64,000 nt of DNA from Squalus acanthias (taxonomy: Eukaryota): assembly GCA_030390025.1 (NCBI GenBank), contig CM059432.1:128900001-128964000 (forward strand). The letters are read 5' to 3'. Position numbers and translations under genes: made by a program. This document shows positions 34,731-47,692 of this stretch, in pieces (the stretch's first letter is position 1; every line of letters begins with the position of its first letter). Below the pieces are notes generated by a model, which worked only from the letters and a program-made list of their open reading frames with translations, did no database searches and was not told the origin of the DNA.

Positions 34731-36039
34731 ACAACAGGCGCTGCGCAACCGAATTTTTAGCCTTTGATGTTTTAGAAGGGCAGGAGCGTCTTATGCGCAA
34801 TGTCTTACTCTGCTGAGTTGTATGTAACCTGGCCTGTCCCTTTAAAGACACAGGGGAGGTAGTTTTCCGATCTTCTTGCGGCATGGCATATAACGGGCAA
34901 TCGATCCACAACCGTTAGTCAACAAGTGTTTCCATTATACATCACCTAAGTTGATTCTAAGCTCATCATCTACTTGACAACATAAATAATTAAATAATTA
35001 AATTTGCCTAAAAATTTCTGCCAGTGGCAAATATACACTGTGGGGAGTGCAGTGTAGTGTGCATTTACTGCCTTGTCTCCTCCTGATCCGAGGTAGAGTA
35101 CTCCCGGACTTAACCCATGCATTAGAATTGTGCTATTTGTTTCTGGTATAATTGCTCATTAGGAGGGTGGAGGTGGGGGGAAGCACGTAAAAAGTCAGCC
35201 TTCAAATATCACACAAGCAATATGTTCCTACTGTCTGCATGAAATGAGCATTTACAATTGCACAGGATTTTTACCTCTTAGGATTCAGCTATTTCACATA
35301 GTTTCTGTTTACAGAAAGTTCACTAAAGTGGCGATAGCTTTCAGAGATTCCCTGGCACTTGCCTTGGTGGGGGAGGATAAGCAGGAGCAGGCAAAGGTTG
35401 CCAGAGATGTCAAGTGGCCCCAAAGGTGTACTGTTTAGACCCGCCACTGTTTAAACCATTACATCTCCATTTAGCAATGATTGAAGAGCATTGATTTCAG
35501 AGGCTGAGTTTTAGCAGAGAGGCAGTTATCTGTGCCATCTGCTCAGGAAAACCAGCTAAGGTCAACATTGCCATCAATTTTTATGCCTCCAACCCCTTCC
35601 AGACTTCTGAAGGGATGTCAGGAGAATAAGCCAATATGCTATCCATAGCTGCATTAAACAAGTGACTAAAACTTTATTCAGGAAGCCTTTGTCTCCTTTC
35701 CTACTAACCAGCAACAGCAACATGTCTGAGTTCCCTCTTCCACCAGATTGCTGGTTTTCCTAAAGTATGCCCAAGCCTCTATACACAATGCTTGGCCTAC
35801 ACGAACAGTGTGCAGTTGGTCTGTGATTACTAGCCAGGCTTATTTGAAAGTGAAGGAAGACTAGAAGGATCTCACTTGGTGGACCAAATCTACCCTATTC
35901 AACCCTTGCTGACAACACCCTTGCAGCACGCACAGACAGAACCTGATGCCAATGTAGCGAGACCCATGCAACCACCGGAATTATTATTAAGGACTCCAGA
36001 ATCATCATCATCTTCTGTACACTCCATAATTTTGCTATA

Positions 36040-36310
36040 CAAAGAGACGTAACCATCGAGGAGGAGGGGAATACCTTATAGCAGGCAGACCGTTACCATG
36101 AAGCTGCAGCTCCTGAAGACTGGTGCCCCAATTGCTCATATAAGGTACAATAAGCTAAGTGCATGAGTCGTTCTCTTAAGGAGTCTTCCTGCCCACATAT
36201 ACAAAATAAAGTGGTCCAAATATTGCGAGCTTGACGTGGTGGCTGGAAGAGTGCTGGCACACCGGTCTGGCGCAGGATGAAGGCTGCGTCATACAGCTGC
36301 CCATCCTCCA
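36040..36310 (-). pseudogene. Highly degraded Harbinger transposase fragment
   Basis: Minus strand reads DAAFILRQTGVPALFQPP, similar to [18 protein letters not shown] of the transposase at ~25560. Confidence 0.45.
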
Positions 36311-37593
36311 GCCCACCCTGTCTGATACCGAGAAAACCTGCAACATACGGTTTGGTTGAGTTACAAAGGATTTTATGTGTGAAGCCTATTTAAGATTTTT
36401 GGATGCCCACAATCTGATTTATACATTTGCTCATTGTATCTCAACCATGCTGTATTACTGCCATTCAGTGTCCTGTTTCTCTCCTGGCTGCACAGTATAA
36501 GCTTCTATTAATAATTATGATGGTTCAGAACAAAGTGATTTACAGTTTATGAGGGTGTACTTTGCGGCATATATAATTGGGGCAGACACTTGGCATAGAA
36601 AACTTGACTTTAACCTCTCCTTAGCTGCTTCCTTGGGATCATCCATTTTCTTCCTCACATATCTCCAGGTGCTCTAGGTCCTGCTATTTGTTCCCAAGCC
36701 CTGCTGGAGGAGGGATTTCTGGGTTGTGCCCCTCAGAGCTGCCTTTCTGTCCTTTTCTTGTACCTACTCTTTTATGGGTGATCATTAAAGCAACTCTTAT
36801 GAGTCCTGCATGATTGCATTTTACAACAATATTAGTGATTAAACCTCTAGCCTGTTCTTGCTGAAGTAATGGGGGATTTAAATACCTCCTGAATGCAGTG
36901 AGCAGCTACTGAGCCAGTTATGACTTCTGCCACTCCATTGGCCAGCCTACTGTATGCATGTTATAGCAGACAATTTACTCCTGCTGCTGAATAACCCCAT
37001 GCTCATCTCATCTCCTCGGAGCTGTTTGACCTGCACCTCCACTCAGCAATCCTCCTCCATTCACACTGTGGCCAATCCCCGCAAATGCATGACATCCCCA
37101 CTCCTATTACATCTGCCTGCTTCTCACTTTCACCGCATGTGCGACATGCAGAAGAAGCACACATCCTTGCTCGCCACTCATAATGCGCTAACCCATTCCT
37201 CTTGCAAGAGAAGGGAGCGCAGAAAAGCTGGGAGAGGGGCAGGATCTGCGGAGGACCTCCGGAGTTCGTGGAAGTGAAACCCCGCGAAGGAGGCACTTGA
37301 AAAAAGCGGCACCACTTAATACCCTGAGCATTGGTGGTGTTGAGGTTGGTGGATCCGCAGAGCAGGGTGACCGATGTAACGTTACACCCCCCTCCTCTCC
37401 CACAAACAACTGTATCATCAGCCAACTTCAACACATCAACAGTATGGTCACGTGCTTCAAGTGCTCATTAACTACCATTACTCCACTCCATCCAGCATCA
37501 GCTGGAGATTCAGCGGAAGAGAAGCTGAGCAGGTAAGTTTTAATTTATTTATGTGGGCCAGGAGGAGCAGGAGTTCCCCTTGGCAGAAAGATA

Positions 37594-38074
37594 GAAAAGA
37601 AAGCAAGAGCTTACATTTATATAGTGCCTTTCATGACCTCAGGATGTCCCAAAGTGCTTTGCAGCCAATGAAGAACTTTTGAAGTGTAGTCACTGTTGTA
37701 ATGTAGGAAAAGCAGCATCAATTTGTGCACAGCAAGCTCCCACAAACAGCAATGAATTACATGACCAGATCATCTGTTTATTTTTAGTGATGTTGGTTGA
37801 GGGATAAATATTCGCACAGGACACCGGGGATAACTCCCCTGCTCTTCTTCGAAATAGTGCCGTGGGAACTTTTACGTCCACCTGAGAGGGAAAACGAGGC
37901 CTCAGTTTACCTCTCATCCAAAAGACGGCACACCCCTGACAGTGCAGCACTCCTTCAGTACTGCACTGGAGAGTCAGCCTGGATTCTGAGCTCGAGTCTC
38001 AGGAGTGGGCCTTGAACCCACAACCTTCTGACTCCGAGGCGAGAGTGCTACCAACAGAGACAAAGCTGACACCT
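37594..38074 (-). mobile_element. DeuSINE, full length
   Basis: Same tail, core and head as 30169-30626. Confidence 0.85.
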
Positions 38075-38544
38075 GAAAACAATCCGGGCTGCTGTCTCAC
38101 CTGAAGACGGACCCTAATGGACGTCCTTTTTTCTGGCCCTGTTATTGTGATGGCCCAGAGCCAGCGCGCGGCCCTGGGCTGCTTGTTAGTTTTTGCCTGC
38201 AACCTACTGAACCATTGTAAATGAGGCTCGGGTCTCAAATTGGACTGAACTGCTGAGCGACTGCCAAACTTCTTCCACTGCCCCAACACTGCCCAGGAGG
38301 AAAATCTATCCCATTGATTTTTGCTTTCCCTATAAATAATAATAGATTAAATGAATGGAGTTGAGTCCTCAGCAGAGTAGGAATTAAATGTTGTGAAGTT
38401 ACAGCATAATAAAAATGATGTAGTTCCACTCTCCAGGTTAAACTCATCCAGTCAGACTCTCTTTTTCTATTTGTGGCATTCAATATTTCAACTGTGGAAT
38501 GACTGAACACCGACAGAAAATGAACACACTTTAATTTGTCGAAG

Positions 38545-38636
38545 GTAAAATACTGCGGATGCTGCAAATCTGAGATATAAACAGAAAAATGCTCAGCAGG
38601 CCAGGCAGCATCTGTGGAGCGAGAAACAGAGTTAAC
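38545..38636 (-). mobile_element. Penelope pLTR end fragment
   Basis: AAAATACTGCGGATGCTG...GCAGCATCTGTGGAG...GAGTTAAC matches 38767-38852; stops at the next element. Confidence 0.7.
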
Positions 38637-38846
38637 GGCCTCGATTTTAATAGCCCTGAGGAGGCGGGTTTGGACACGGGTCGGCAGGGAAAAATTGGAA
38701 AAAATGGCTTCAGACACCCAGCCCGCCTCCATCCCGACCCCCACCCAATTTTCATGAATACGATAGCAAAATACTGCAGATGCTGGAAATCCAAAATAAC
38801 AACAGAAAACGCTGGTCAGGCAGCATCCCGTGGAGAGAGAAACGGA

Positions 38847-38884
38847 GTTAACGTTTCAGGTCGAAGACCTTTCGTCAGAACTGG
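38847..38884 (-). ncRNA. Minimal hammerhead ribozyme motif
   Basis: Minus strand CCAGTT-CTGACGA-A-AGGTC-TTC-GACCT-GAAACGTTAAC. Confidence 0.75.
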
Positions 38885-39224
38885 AACAAAGCAGGAAATG
38901 AAATAGATTTTAAAGCAAGTTTAGGGCTGGGAAAAGGGGGAGGGGATGAAAGAACAAAAGGGAAGGTCAGTGATAGGATAGAAAGCAGGAGCGATTAAGA
39001 GACATTGAGAGACATTAAGAGATATTCAAGGCAAGAGGAGGTGGAAATGGGACAGGTTGAGGAACAAAGGATGGCTCTGGATGAAGTGTGAATTGCGCTG
39101 GCAGAATGAAGGACAGCTGCCAGCTTCTTGGAGGGAAGAAAAAATAGCCAAATAAAAGTGGATAAAAAAATAAAAAAATAAAAAACAAAAAATAAAATAT
39201 ATATATATGTGATGGGGGCCGGGG

Positions 39225-40130
39225 TTATGATCTGAAATTGTTGAACTCTATGTTGAGTCCAGCGGGCTGTAGAGTGCCTAATCGAAAGATGAGGTGCTGT
39301 TCCTCGAGCTTACGCTGAGCTTCCGTGGAACAATGCAAGAGGCCGAGGACGGTGAGGTCTGAGTGGGAATGTAGCGGAGAATTAAAGTGACAGGCCACCA
39401 GGAGCTCGGGGTCCCCCTTACGGACTGAACGGTAGTGTTCCGCAAAGCGGTCACCCAATCTGCGTTTGGTCTCCCCAATGTAGAGGAGACCACATCGTGA
39501 GCAGCGAATACAGTATACTAAATTGCAGGAAGTACAAGTAAATCGCTGTTTCACCTGGAAGGGGTGTTTGGGGCCCTGGACAGTGGGAAGAGGGGAGGTA
39601 TAAGGGCATGTGTTGCATCTCCTGTGCTTGCACGGGAAGGTGCCGGGCGAAGGGGAAGGGGTGCTGGGGGTGGTAGAGGAGTGGACTAGGGTGTCACGGA
39701 GGGAGCGGTCCCTGCGGAATGCTGAAAGGGAAGGGAAGGGGAAGATGCGTTTGGTGGTGGGATCACGCTGGAGGTGGCGGAAATGGCGGAGGATGATCCG
39801 TTGAATGTGGAGGCTGGTGGGGTGAAAGGTGAGGACAAGGGGAACTCTATCGTGGTTCCGGGAGGGAGGGGCAGGGGTGAGGGCAGAAGTGCGGGAGATA
39901 GAACGGACACGGTCGAGGGCCGTGTCAACCACAGTAGAGGGGAATCCTTGGTTGAGGAGAAAGGAAGACATGTCGGAAGCACTAGTATGGAAGGTAGCAT
40001 CGTCAGAGCAGATGCGGCGGAGACGGAGAAACTGGGAGAATGGAATAGAGTCCTTACAGGAGGCGGGGTGGGAGGAAGTGTAGTCCAGGTAGCTGTGGGA
40101 GTCAGTGGGCTTGTAGTGAATGTTTGTCAA
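39225..40130 (-). CDS. Penelope RT thumb, Cys-rich linker and GIY-YIG endonuclease (partial, open frame)
   Basis: YKPTDSHSYL...SIPFSQFLRLRRICS; PCKHRRCNTC; NLVYCIRC..C.LLYIGETKRRLGDRFAEH; GLN. Confidence 0.9.
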   Translation of the reverse strand: MTNIHYKPTDSHSYLDYTSSHPASCKDSIPFSQFLRLRRICSDDATFHTSASDMSSFLLNQGFPSTVVDTALDRVRSISRTSALTPAPPSRNHDRVPLVLTFHPTSLHIQRIILRHFRHLQRDPTTKRIFPFPSLSAFRRDRSLRDTLVHSSTTPSTPSPSPGTFPCKHRRCNTCPYTSPLPTVQGPKHPFQVKQRFTCTSCNLVYCIRCSRCGLLYIGETKRRLGDRFAEHYRSVRKGDPELLVACHFNSPLHSHSDLTVLGLLHCSTEAQRKLEEQHLIFRLGTLQPAGLNIEFNNFRS

Positions 40131-41140
40131 TTACCTATCCCCAGAGATGGAGACGGAGAAGTCGAGGAAGGGACGGGAAGAGTCGGAGATGGACCATGTG
40201 ATGGTGAGAGAAGGGTGGAAATTGGAAGCATAGTGAATTTTCATGAATGTCTGTTCAGCCGCTCCCAAACTGACCCGTCTGGAACCAGTAGGACAGGTAG
40301 TTAAGGCCTTGCTAATCCTATTTTGATAGTGGTTTCCCATTTTCGTGCTTCTGGCTCCTGTTTCCCATCTTGTCAGAAACAGGCCAGCTTCAAGGAGACG
40401 AGTTGCTGGAGGACATGATTTGTAATCATTGGTGGAGCACTTTAAAAGTGCTCCTGAAACATGGCTGACATTCAAATGCAACAACTTTGCTGTTGTAGGT
40501 TTGGGATAAGATTTTGCAAATCTACTGACCTTCTGACTGTTCAAGCTGACACCCATCTGCAGTGTGACCTGAATGGAATAATTTCAGGCCACTTCGACTG
40601 TGCGCTTGCAAGCTTGTTGCCTCAAATGAAATCTATAGCAAGTGGATGGGAAAAATTTATGTCCTCTCATCCTGATCCTCATAATCGGAGGAGCAGCAGC
40701 CGCGTGGCTAAGCACAGATCTTCCTGGGAAGAGGAGGAGGAGGAGGACGAGAGGCACCTTGCATGCCCTGTTGTGACCAATGCAGTATTCTTCCAGTTCA
40801 CTGCTGTCCGTCAAGCAGGGTATGCACACTGCCATGGCACATTCGCATAAGCTTACTCTTCAACCATAGGTGGCTACCATATGGCTCTGTAATTGTAGGC
40901 GGCATTCGTCCAACGTTATACATCATTTCTGTTATACCCGGTTATTTCCTATCACTTTCACCATCAGCATTACAAAAGCAAATCGTCCTGAGCCCTCAAT
41001 GCGCATTTGCCATTTCCCAGAACACATAGGCCACACAATCAACTGTTTTCCATAATTTTTCTTTATGACATGACAAAAGGATCACAAACCCATAACAGTC
41101 AGAAAAAAAGACAAAACACCCACAGTGAGTCCCCTTGTGA

Positions 41141-42064
41141 CTATATGTGCTTAATCTTTCTCTTACGCGTGCTTCTACGTGGTGCTACCCCTGTGGCTTC
41201 AGCAGATGTAGAGGCACCCTGCTGACTAGGATGCTGCGCCTGCTTACACGCCTTTGGCGGGCGTCCTCTGAGTTTGGGAGCCTGAGAGGGCTCTTCAACA
41301 GTCTGCTCTTCCTGCGGCTGTGCAGGGCCTGAAACGGCCATCTCAGTTGGCTCTGCAAAGTGGGTCTCTGACCGAGGGTTCCGCAGTGGCATGGTCGTGT
41401 GAGCGCTTGGAGAGGCACCCACACTTCCTTGTGGTCTGCCAACAACATCCCTCTCATGGGTCAGCCACACCTCAGTGCTGGCAAGTGGCTGGAGAGCACC
41501 TTGCTGCACATCAGGGGGGCCATGAGGACCCATATCTGCACTGGCAGTCCTCATCACAAGGACGTCCATGAAGCTCTGGTCTCTCTGCTCAATAGCTGCC
41601 CATCTCTCCTCCAGAGATGACAATCTATTTTGAACAGTCACCATGTTTTCCTGACTCTGGCGACTTATTTCCTCTATGGCGGTAGCCAGTCTTCCCATGG
41701 AGGTTGCCATCCTATCCATGGAGGTTGCCATCCTATCCATGGTGGTGCGTTCATATGCCATTGCCTCCACCACGGCAGTGCTGATGTTAGAGATGGACTC
41801 CTTCATTCTATCCACACTCACACTAACCCTGGAGGCAAACCCTTCCAGAGACTCCTGCACTAGTTCCTGTATTTCCTGAGATGCTCTTTTTCTGGATGGC
41901 CCCAGAGGCACAGCATCTTCATGCAGCTCAGCAGAGCTCGGAGCATCCTGCGACCTCCGCCAAGGACTCTCCACTGCTGTCGCTGTCTCTACCATCTGCT
42001 GATGCTCACTTGTGCGCTGTGATAGACCAGGTGGTAACACTACTCTAACTCGGGAGGGCCCCAC
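41141..42064 (-). CDS. Harbinger partner-gene 3' exon (coiled-coil, basic C-terminus), open 307-aa frame
   Basis: Homologous to 26347-28501; MDRMATS heptad repeats; ends RRSTRKRKIKHI. Confidence 0.6.
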   Translation of the reverse strand: MGPSRVRVVLPPGLSQRTSEHQQMVETATAVESPWRRSQDAPSSAELHEDAVPLGPSRKRASQEIQELVQESLEGFASRVSVSVDRMKESISNISTAVVEAMAYERTTMDRMATSMDRMATSMGRLATAIEEISRQSQENMVTVQNRLSSLEERWAAIEQRDQSFMDVLVMRTASADMGPHGPPDVQQGALQPLASTEVWLTHERDVVGRPQGSVGASPSAHTTMPLRNPRSETHFAEPTEMAVSGPAQPQEEQTVEEPSQAPKLRGRPPKACKQAQHPSQQGASTSAEATGVAPRRSTRKRKIKHI

Positions 42065-43859
42065 TGAGGTGTGCGTTGCTGCGCTGGAGCTGGGTGCGCT
42101 GATTCCTGATGACGCTGCTCCCTCAGAGGCTTCAGGTTCCTTTGAGGAGTTAGTTCATAGAATGCAGAATGAAAACTGACTCATATATCCCAGGAAACAT
42201 TATCTGTCATAATAAGAAATTGCCAATGTTTAATGTCTTAAAATAATTATTACCAATATTTTTATTGTTTCCTATTACCTTCTTGGTAATGTAAGCACCT
42301 TTTCGGTTTAGCTAGAAAGTATGAGGAAGAGTCTTGTATGTCCCTACTATGATCTGATTATCCTTTGTGATGGCGATGCTCTTTTCTAGATGATTCTTGG
42401 CTAGGATTCAGCCCATAGGTAAGGTACATCCCATAAACCAATAAAATGTGCCTTCTTTAGTTTTCTGCAAAACAGTAATGAACTCTTTCTTGGGGTAAAC
42501 TAAAGGTGAAAAAACTGTCCGTTTTATTACTAGATTATCTCGTGTTATATAGTTTTGGATGAATTTTGATGACAAGCTTTTGTCAAGTCCATATGTGGGA
42601 AAATATTATCCAGGATTCGTTTTTCACTTTTTGATCAATACTTATAGAGCGTTGTATGACAAGCTGTATATTAAACTATCCCTTCCCCCACAAAAATCTA
42701 CTTTAATAACTAACATATATATTTAGAAATTGGACTTTTGAATGTTGAGAATTTGTCACTTTTTAGATCTCCTTGAAGTGCCATGATCTGACACTGTAAA
42801 ATCTTAATTGGAACAATTATCAGATATTCTATGCAGGCTAGTAAATTCCAACACAAACATCTGACCCTTGTAACACATAAATACAGATTCCCTCAAAGTT
42901 ATTAGGTATCTTTTAAAATAGCTGCAAACACTTGTAAAACATGGTACTCGAGCAACACGTTGGATCAAAACTAATGATAATCCAGCAATAAAACAGTTGT
43001 TACACCTTTATTTAAAGGAGAAAAAAATAATTACTGTTTGAACAAAGAACAAGTTTGTTCTCATTCAAAATTTTTGGCAATGGGCCAAGCCCATTTCATA
43101 CAGTAGGAACCTCTTGAGTGTAACACTCATTAATATATCATAGCTCCTGATAGAACATGCCTTGTTCTCCTTCACTAATAGAGAAACTGTAAAAGCAACA
43201 ATCTTTCTACACTCATCCTAAATCGTCCAACTTCTATTCCTACTGTTAGAGCTCTACTGCATTCTGAACATATTTTTAGCATTTATTAATAAAGCTCAGT
43301 GATGTGGAAATTCAATATATGGGGAAATATTTTTAAAGTTACTGTCCGGACAGCCATATAGTTGTACAGAATGCACTCTGCTCTCTTTTGAAAACATCAG
43401 TTATGTGCAACTAGATCTGCCGCACCTGAGACTGTCATAGAGATACACATTTCGATACATTACCCTCCTCCTCCAAACCATTAGCGACTGGCGGTCTTCA
43501 GACAGCATCCCCTCCCCATCCAAAAATACGTTAAACCATCAAGTGTCAGACACTGGGAACTAGAACAAGCTACAACTGCACCTAATTTTGTTGCCGTAAC
43601 TACAGCAACGAGTGGCAGCCACCCTCTCGCCACCTCTAATTATGGCGAGGAACCTTACTAGGGGGACAGAAAAAAGGATTCCTCTGTGGGCCACAGTTTA
43701 TTTTTGCAAACGGCCTCCTTTTTGCTCCTCACAGGGGTATTGTTTCACTGGCACTGGTAACCTTCAAGTAATAACAATCAGCATCTTTAGGAGAGCTTGG
43801 AAGAAAACTGAGATAAAAATACAAATTGATGCATGTGCCTCAAATTTGTCTTTTTCCAT

Positions 43860-43960
43860 TTATCTCTCTCACTCTCTCTACATATATATCTGTCTAAGTG
43901 TATGTGTGTGTGTGCATATATATATACATATATAGATATATACACACACACATATATATT
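43860..43960. repeat. Mixed (CT)/(TG)/(TA)/(CA) microsatellite
   Basis: Directly visible dinucleotide runs. Confidence 0.8.
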
Positions 43961-44014
43961 CCCCATTCTGGATCAATGCACTCCATACTGACATCATCAG
44001 TACTCTAGTTGACA

Positions 44015-45185
44015 AGAACGAAAAGAAAGACTTGCCTTTATATACTGCCTTTCAATACCTCAGGACATGCCAAAGCGCTTTACAGCCAATTCAGTACTTT
44101 TTGAAGTATAGTCACTGTTGTAATGTAGGAATTGTGGCAGCCAAATTGCGCTCAGTAAGATCCCACAAACAGCAAGGGGGCGATTTTGCCAGCCCTGGGG
44201 AGGCGGGTTTGGAGGCGGGACTGCCGGGAAAATGGCAGAATCTGGGGGCGGGTACCCATCCCGCCCCCAACCCGCCTCCGTGCCATCTTCCCAGGAGGCG
44301 GGTACCTGACCCATGCCGGGTCCCATCTCCTCAAGGCGTGAAGGGGATTAGTGCCAATTAACTGCCTGTTAACAGGTAGTTAACAGGCAGTTTTTTGGCA
44401 AATCCCCATTTTGAGCCCTGAAGTGTGGGCTTCCCGATGGCTCCGAACCTCGCCAGGGTCGCGAGGTGAGCCGTTGGTCTGCGGGGGTCAGAGGAGCCGA
44501 GATGTCCAGTGTTCAGGTGAGTGATGGGTGCCATGTGTGCAGGGTTAAGTGTGTGAGGTTTGTGTAAAGTGTTTTAAAAGCTTTACTCACCTTTACTTCT
44601 TCCTGCAGGCTTCCTCCCTTCAGGTCTCGGAGTCCCTCAGCTCACTGGCACAGAAAGCAGAATGGCCGCTGAACTGTCAAAAGCTGCAGCCTTCCGCTTT
44701 CTGCTCAGGAGAGCTCTCTAACTCAGCCAGAGTGACAGGACTGAAGTTAGAGGACAGATTGTCAGTGTTTGACAGCTTCATAGAGCCGTCAAACGCTGAC
44801 ATTTCATCTGTCAAAAGCTCTTGACAGATGAAACGTCACTCGCTGATGTCACCTGTAACCGGCTTTCCCTTAATTGGCCTGCTAAGCCTGCTGGGCGGGC
44901 TTAACAAGCTCAATCAAGGGAAAATAGCGTGGGTTGGCCGCAAGTCGATGGAGGCGGGACTAAAACCCGACAAGTGGGAGTCCCGCCTCCAAAAGCTCCC
45001 CATTGACAAAATCCAGCCCTTCAAGAGTTAAATAACCAGATAGTCTGTGTTAGTGATGTTGGTTGTGGGATAAATATTGGCCCAGGACACCGGGGAGAGC
45101 TCTCTTGCTCTTCTTCGAAATAGCGCCACGGGATCTTTTACATCCACCTGAGAGGGCCTCAGTTTAACACCTCATCCGAAAGACA
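44015..45185 (-). mobile_element. DeuSINE interrupted by a MITE
   Basis: SINE tail 44015-44175 resumes at ~45030 (GACCAGATAG-like...GGCCCAGGACACCGGG...CATCCGAAAGAC). Confidence 0.8.
44176..45019. mobile_element. Harbinger-type MITE
   Basis: TIR GGGGGCGATTTTGCCA / TGACAAAATCCAGCCC with subterminal GGAGGCGGG/CCCGCCTCC repeats. Confidence 0.75.
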
Positions 45186-46919
45186 GGAGAATAGATTTGC
45201 TGGATTTCTTTAACCTCTTTCGTAGACTCAAAGTGAATAACCTGCCCTTCAGACTTGCTGTTAAACTGTGATATTCCCTATCCATTTCCATTGTTTTCAT
45301 CCAGTGCCTGCATCCCAGAGAGAGAGCACTGAAGTCAGAATGGTCCTTTGTCATATTTCTTGTGATATTATCACACACAAGTGACAAGAATGACACATTT
45401 AATATGCAATGACACGGTTCAATACAGTCGCAGTGTATGGACAAAAGGTTCTCTCCACATTTTTCAACACAACTTCTCTAATCAGAAAAACTGACAGAAT
45501 TTAAATTGCAATGTCGATTCTCGTGTTCTCTTTTTCTCTCTTTCTTCTGTTTCTTAATCTAATGGTAACCAAAGTGACAAATGTTCTCACTGCTTTTCAT
45601 GGAATGTTTCAAGTGCTGAATCCAACAGTGAAGAGGGAGCCACCACTAAATTGACTGAAAAGAAAGGCAAGACTTCAAAGGGGACAAAATATCATAAAAC
45701 TACCTGTATGTAAATGAAATGCAAGAATGATGAATGGCTCCTGTGGATTTTGCTATTCCAGCCAGCACGCTGAACCCAGTGAAACATATGGAGTCAAGAT
45801 GATCACACTTTCACTTAGAAACCAGGGCCCCACCAGAGCTGCCGCTGACGCACACAAACGACAGCTGACTCCAGGCACCTCCAGATCTATGAAGTAACAG
45901 CTGAGGCCAGCGCAGGAAGCAGCTGTTAGAAGTTGAGGATTAACTGTTCTTACGAGCAACAGGAATGGTTGGCTGCGAGCGAGTCAGAAATCAAGGCACG
46001 TGCTCATGCATTTCTTAAAGAAATGTGTCCAATTGCACAAGAAAATTTTGGGGGAAAGGTTAACTCTTGCGCTGCTGTGCAACTTATTTAATAACTGATG
46101 GCCACAATTTTTCTAAAAGCAATATCATAAGTCGCCAGGGTTTGCATTAAACTCTGATGTATTACAATTGCCCAGAACTTCACTCCTTGCTAGATCCTAT
46201 ATGCAATATTAGATTGAAACGAACATGTTCATTGCTTCACACCTGCTGACACACAATTGCACAGACAATTGCACAGATAAGGGGTGTGATTTTAATTGTA
46301 CAAACCCGGCTTTCCTTAAGCCTCTGCAACGGACTGTCTCCTGACTGATAACTTCCATTATTGCCTCTTCAAAGTGAATCAGGAGATTTGTCTGTGCAAT
46401 GCCCCAAACAATCTACAGTTGGTGCCTTTTGTTGTATGTCAATTTTTTGGCAAGGAAAAAACAAATATGCATTGAATGAACAGATATTTTGTTCTGTGTA
46501 TCTCAGGCTCCAGCAATGTTATTACCTTATGCACAGCTTACGGTAATATATCTTGCCCACAGGAAGTCTGGGAAAATGTTTGAGAGTTGACTGAATGCAA
46601 TGTTATTCTCAACTGCACAGTGGGAATAATGATGCTCAGTTTGCAATCTTTCTTAGCTGCAGCTCTCTAGATTATATTTTTTGTACTTTTTACTTTGTAC
46701 TACAATTGCAGCAAGTTACTGGATTAATTCAGGTTAAGCAGGTAGAGGCACTCAAGCACCTGAAAGAAGTAACTTATATTGATTGGCAGCAATGGCCCCC
46801 TATATATTGCGCAGCCTCGATATATATTAGTACAGCACTGCACTTCTATTGAACTGTGTAATGACAAGTACAGTACCACAGTCCTTTATCCATGATACCT
46901 TGATCATTTTTGTTATAAG

Positions 46920-47060
46920 GGGGGTAATTTTGACTTTGTGCAATAGTGTAAAATGGGTGATATTAACTGCAATGGAAATAAAAATGGGGAGAGATGTAAA
47001 GTAGGCTGCCGACTCGCTATCATCTGTTTTACACGATCGCACAATGTCAAAATGACCCCC
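46920..47060. repeat. Short palindromic MITE (fold-back)
   Basis: GGGGTAATTTTGACTTTGTGCAATAGTGTAAAA ... TTTTACACGATCGCACAATGTCAAAATGACCCC. Confidence 0.75.
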
Positions 47061-47692
47061 ATTGACTTTATTGCTGCTTAACACCTTGAATTCCAAACAA
47101 CGTACTGTGAACATGGTCATAGACGGCAAAGCACCAGCTCCTCGTTTCCTGTTTTGAATACCTGCTGACAGGCATTTGGCAGAGATATCAGTCCCAATTC
47201 ACAAAGTGCTCTTAGCTCTGAAAAATACCATTTTTGGAAAGTTGTCTGTAAGAGGCTGACTTTGTCTGCTAGCATTCTCTAAATGACCCTTTGCAGACTG
47301 TGTTCAAAAGACCTGCAATTGGAGGCCTTAGCCCCCAGCTAGTAACTTGTTTGTAGTTTGCCAAATGTGCTCCTGCAAGTATAGTTTTCATTGGTAGATC
47401 CTTGCTGAATGTTAGACAGTAAACACATTCTTGAGAATTCAGCAGGTAGGCAATCATGCTGGGAGCAAGCATTGAATGGCAGGAAAATAATACACAAAGA
47501 ATAGTTATGCTAAAATTTTAAGTCACACACTGCTGTGTCTGAAATTGAGTTTGAGAATGGCTGAGGAGAAGAAAGTATCTCCCAAGAAGGGCACCAAGAT
47601 AGTCTTGAATAAAACGCCAGCAAAGGGCGTCAAGAAGCAGAGAAGGTCGAGGAAGCAGAGTTACTCTATCTACTTCTACAAAGTAATGAAGC

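Larger units (their letters stand above)
31585..34763 (+). mobile_element. Harbinger element carrying only the Myb/SANT-like gene (no transposase)
   Basis: TIR GGGCTAAAAATT / AATTTTTAGCCT; TSD TTG/TTG. Confidence 0.8.
38760..40235 (-). mobile_element. Penelope-like (Neptune-type) retroelement, 5'-truncated
   Basis: TSD AATTTTCATGAAT (38747-38759 / 40236-40248); RT C-terminus plus GIY-YIG ORF, then pLTR. Confidence 0.9.
38637..42150. mobile_element. Truncated Harbinger element (left TIR, transposase stub, minus-strand partner ORF)
   Basis: Start GGCCTCGATTTT resembles 23598; acidic C-terminal transposase stub ~40650-40850; 41125-41900 homologous to 26330-28480; right TIR not found. Confidence 0.65.

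Noticed and set aside
39278..40304. Antisense and alternate-frame ORFs over Penelope, RTE and LINE sequences
   Set aside because: Shadow ORFs of GC-rich TE coding sequence with no independent motifs.
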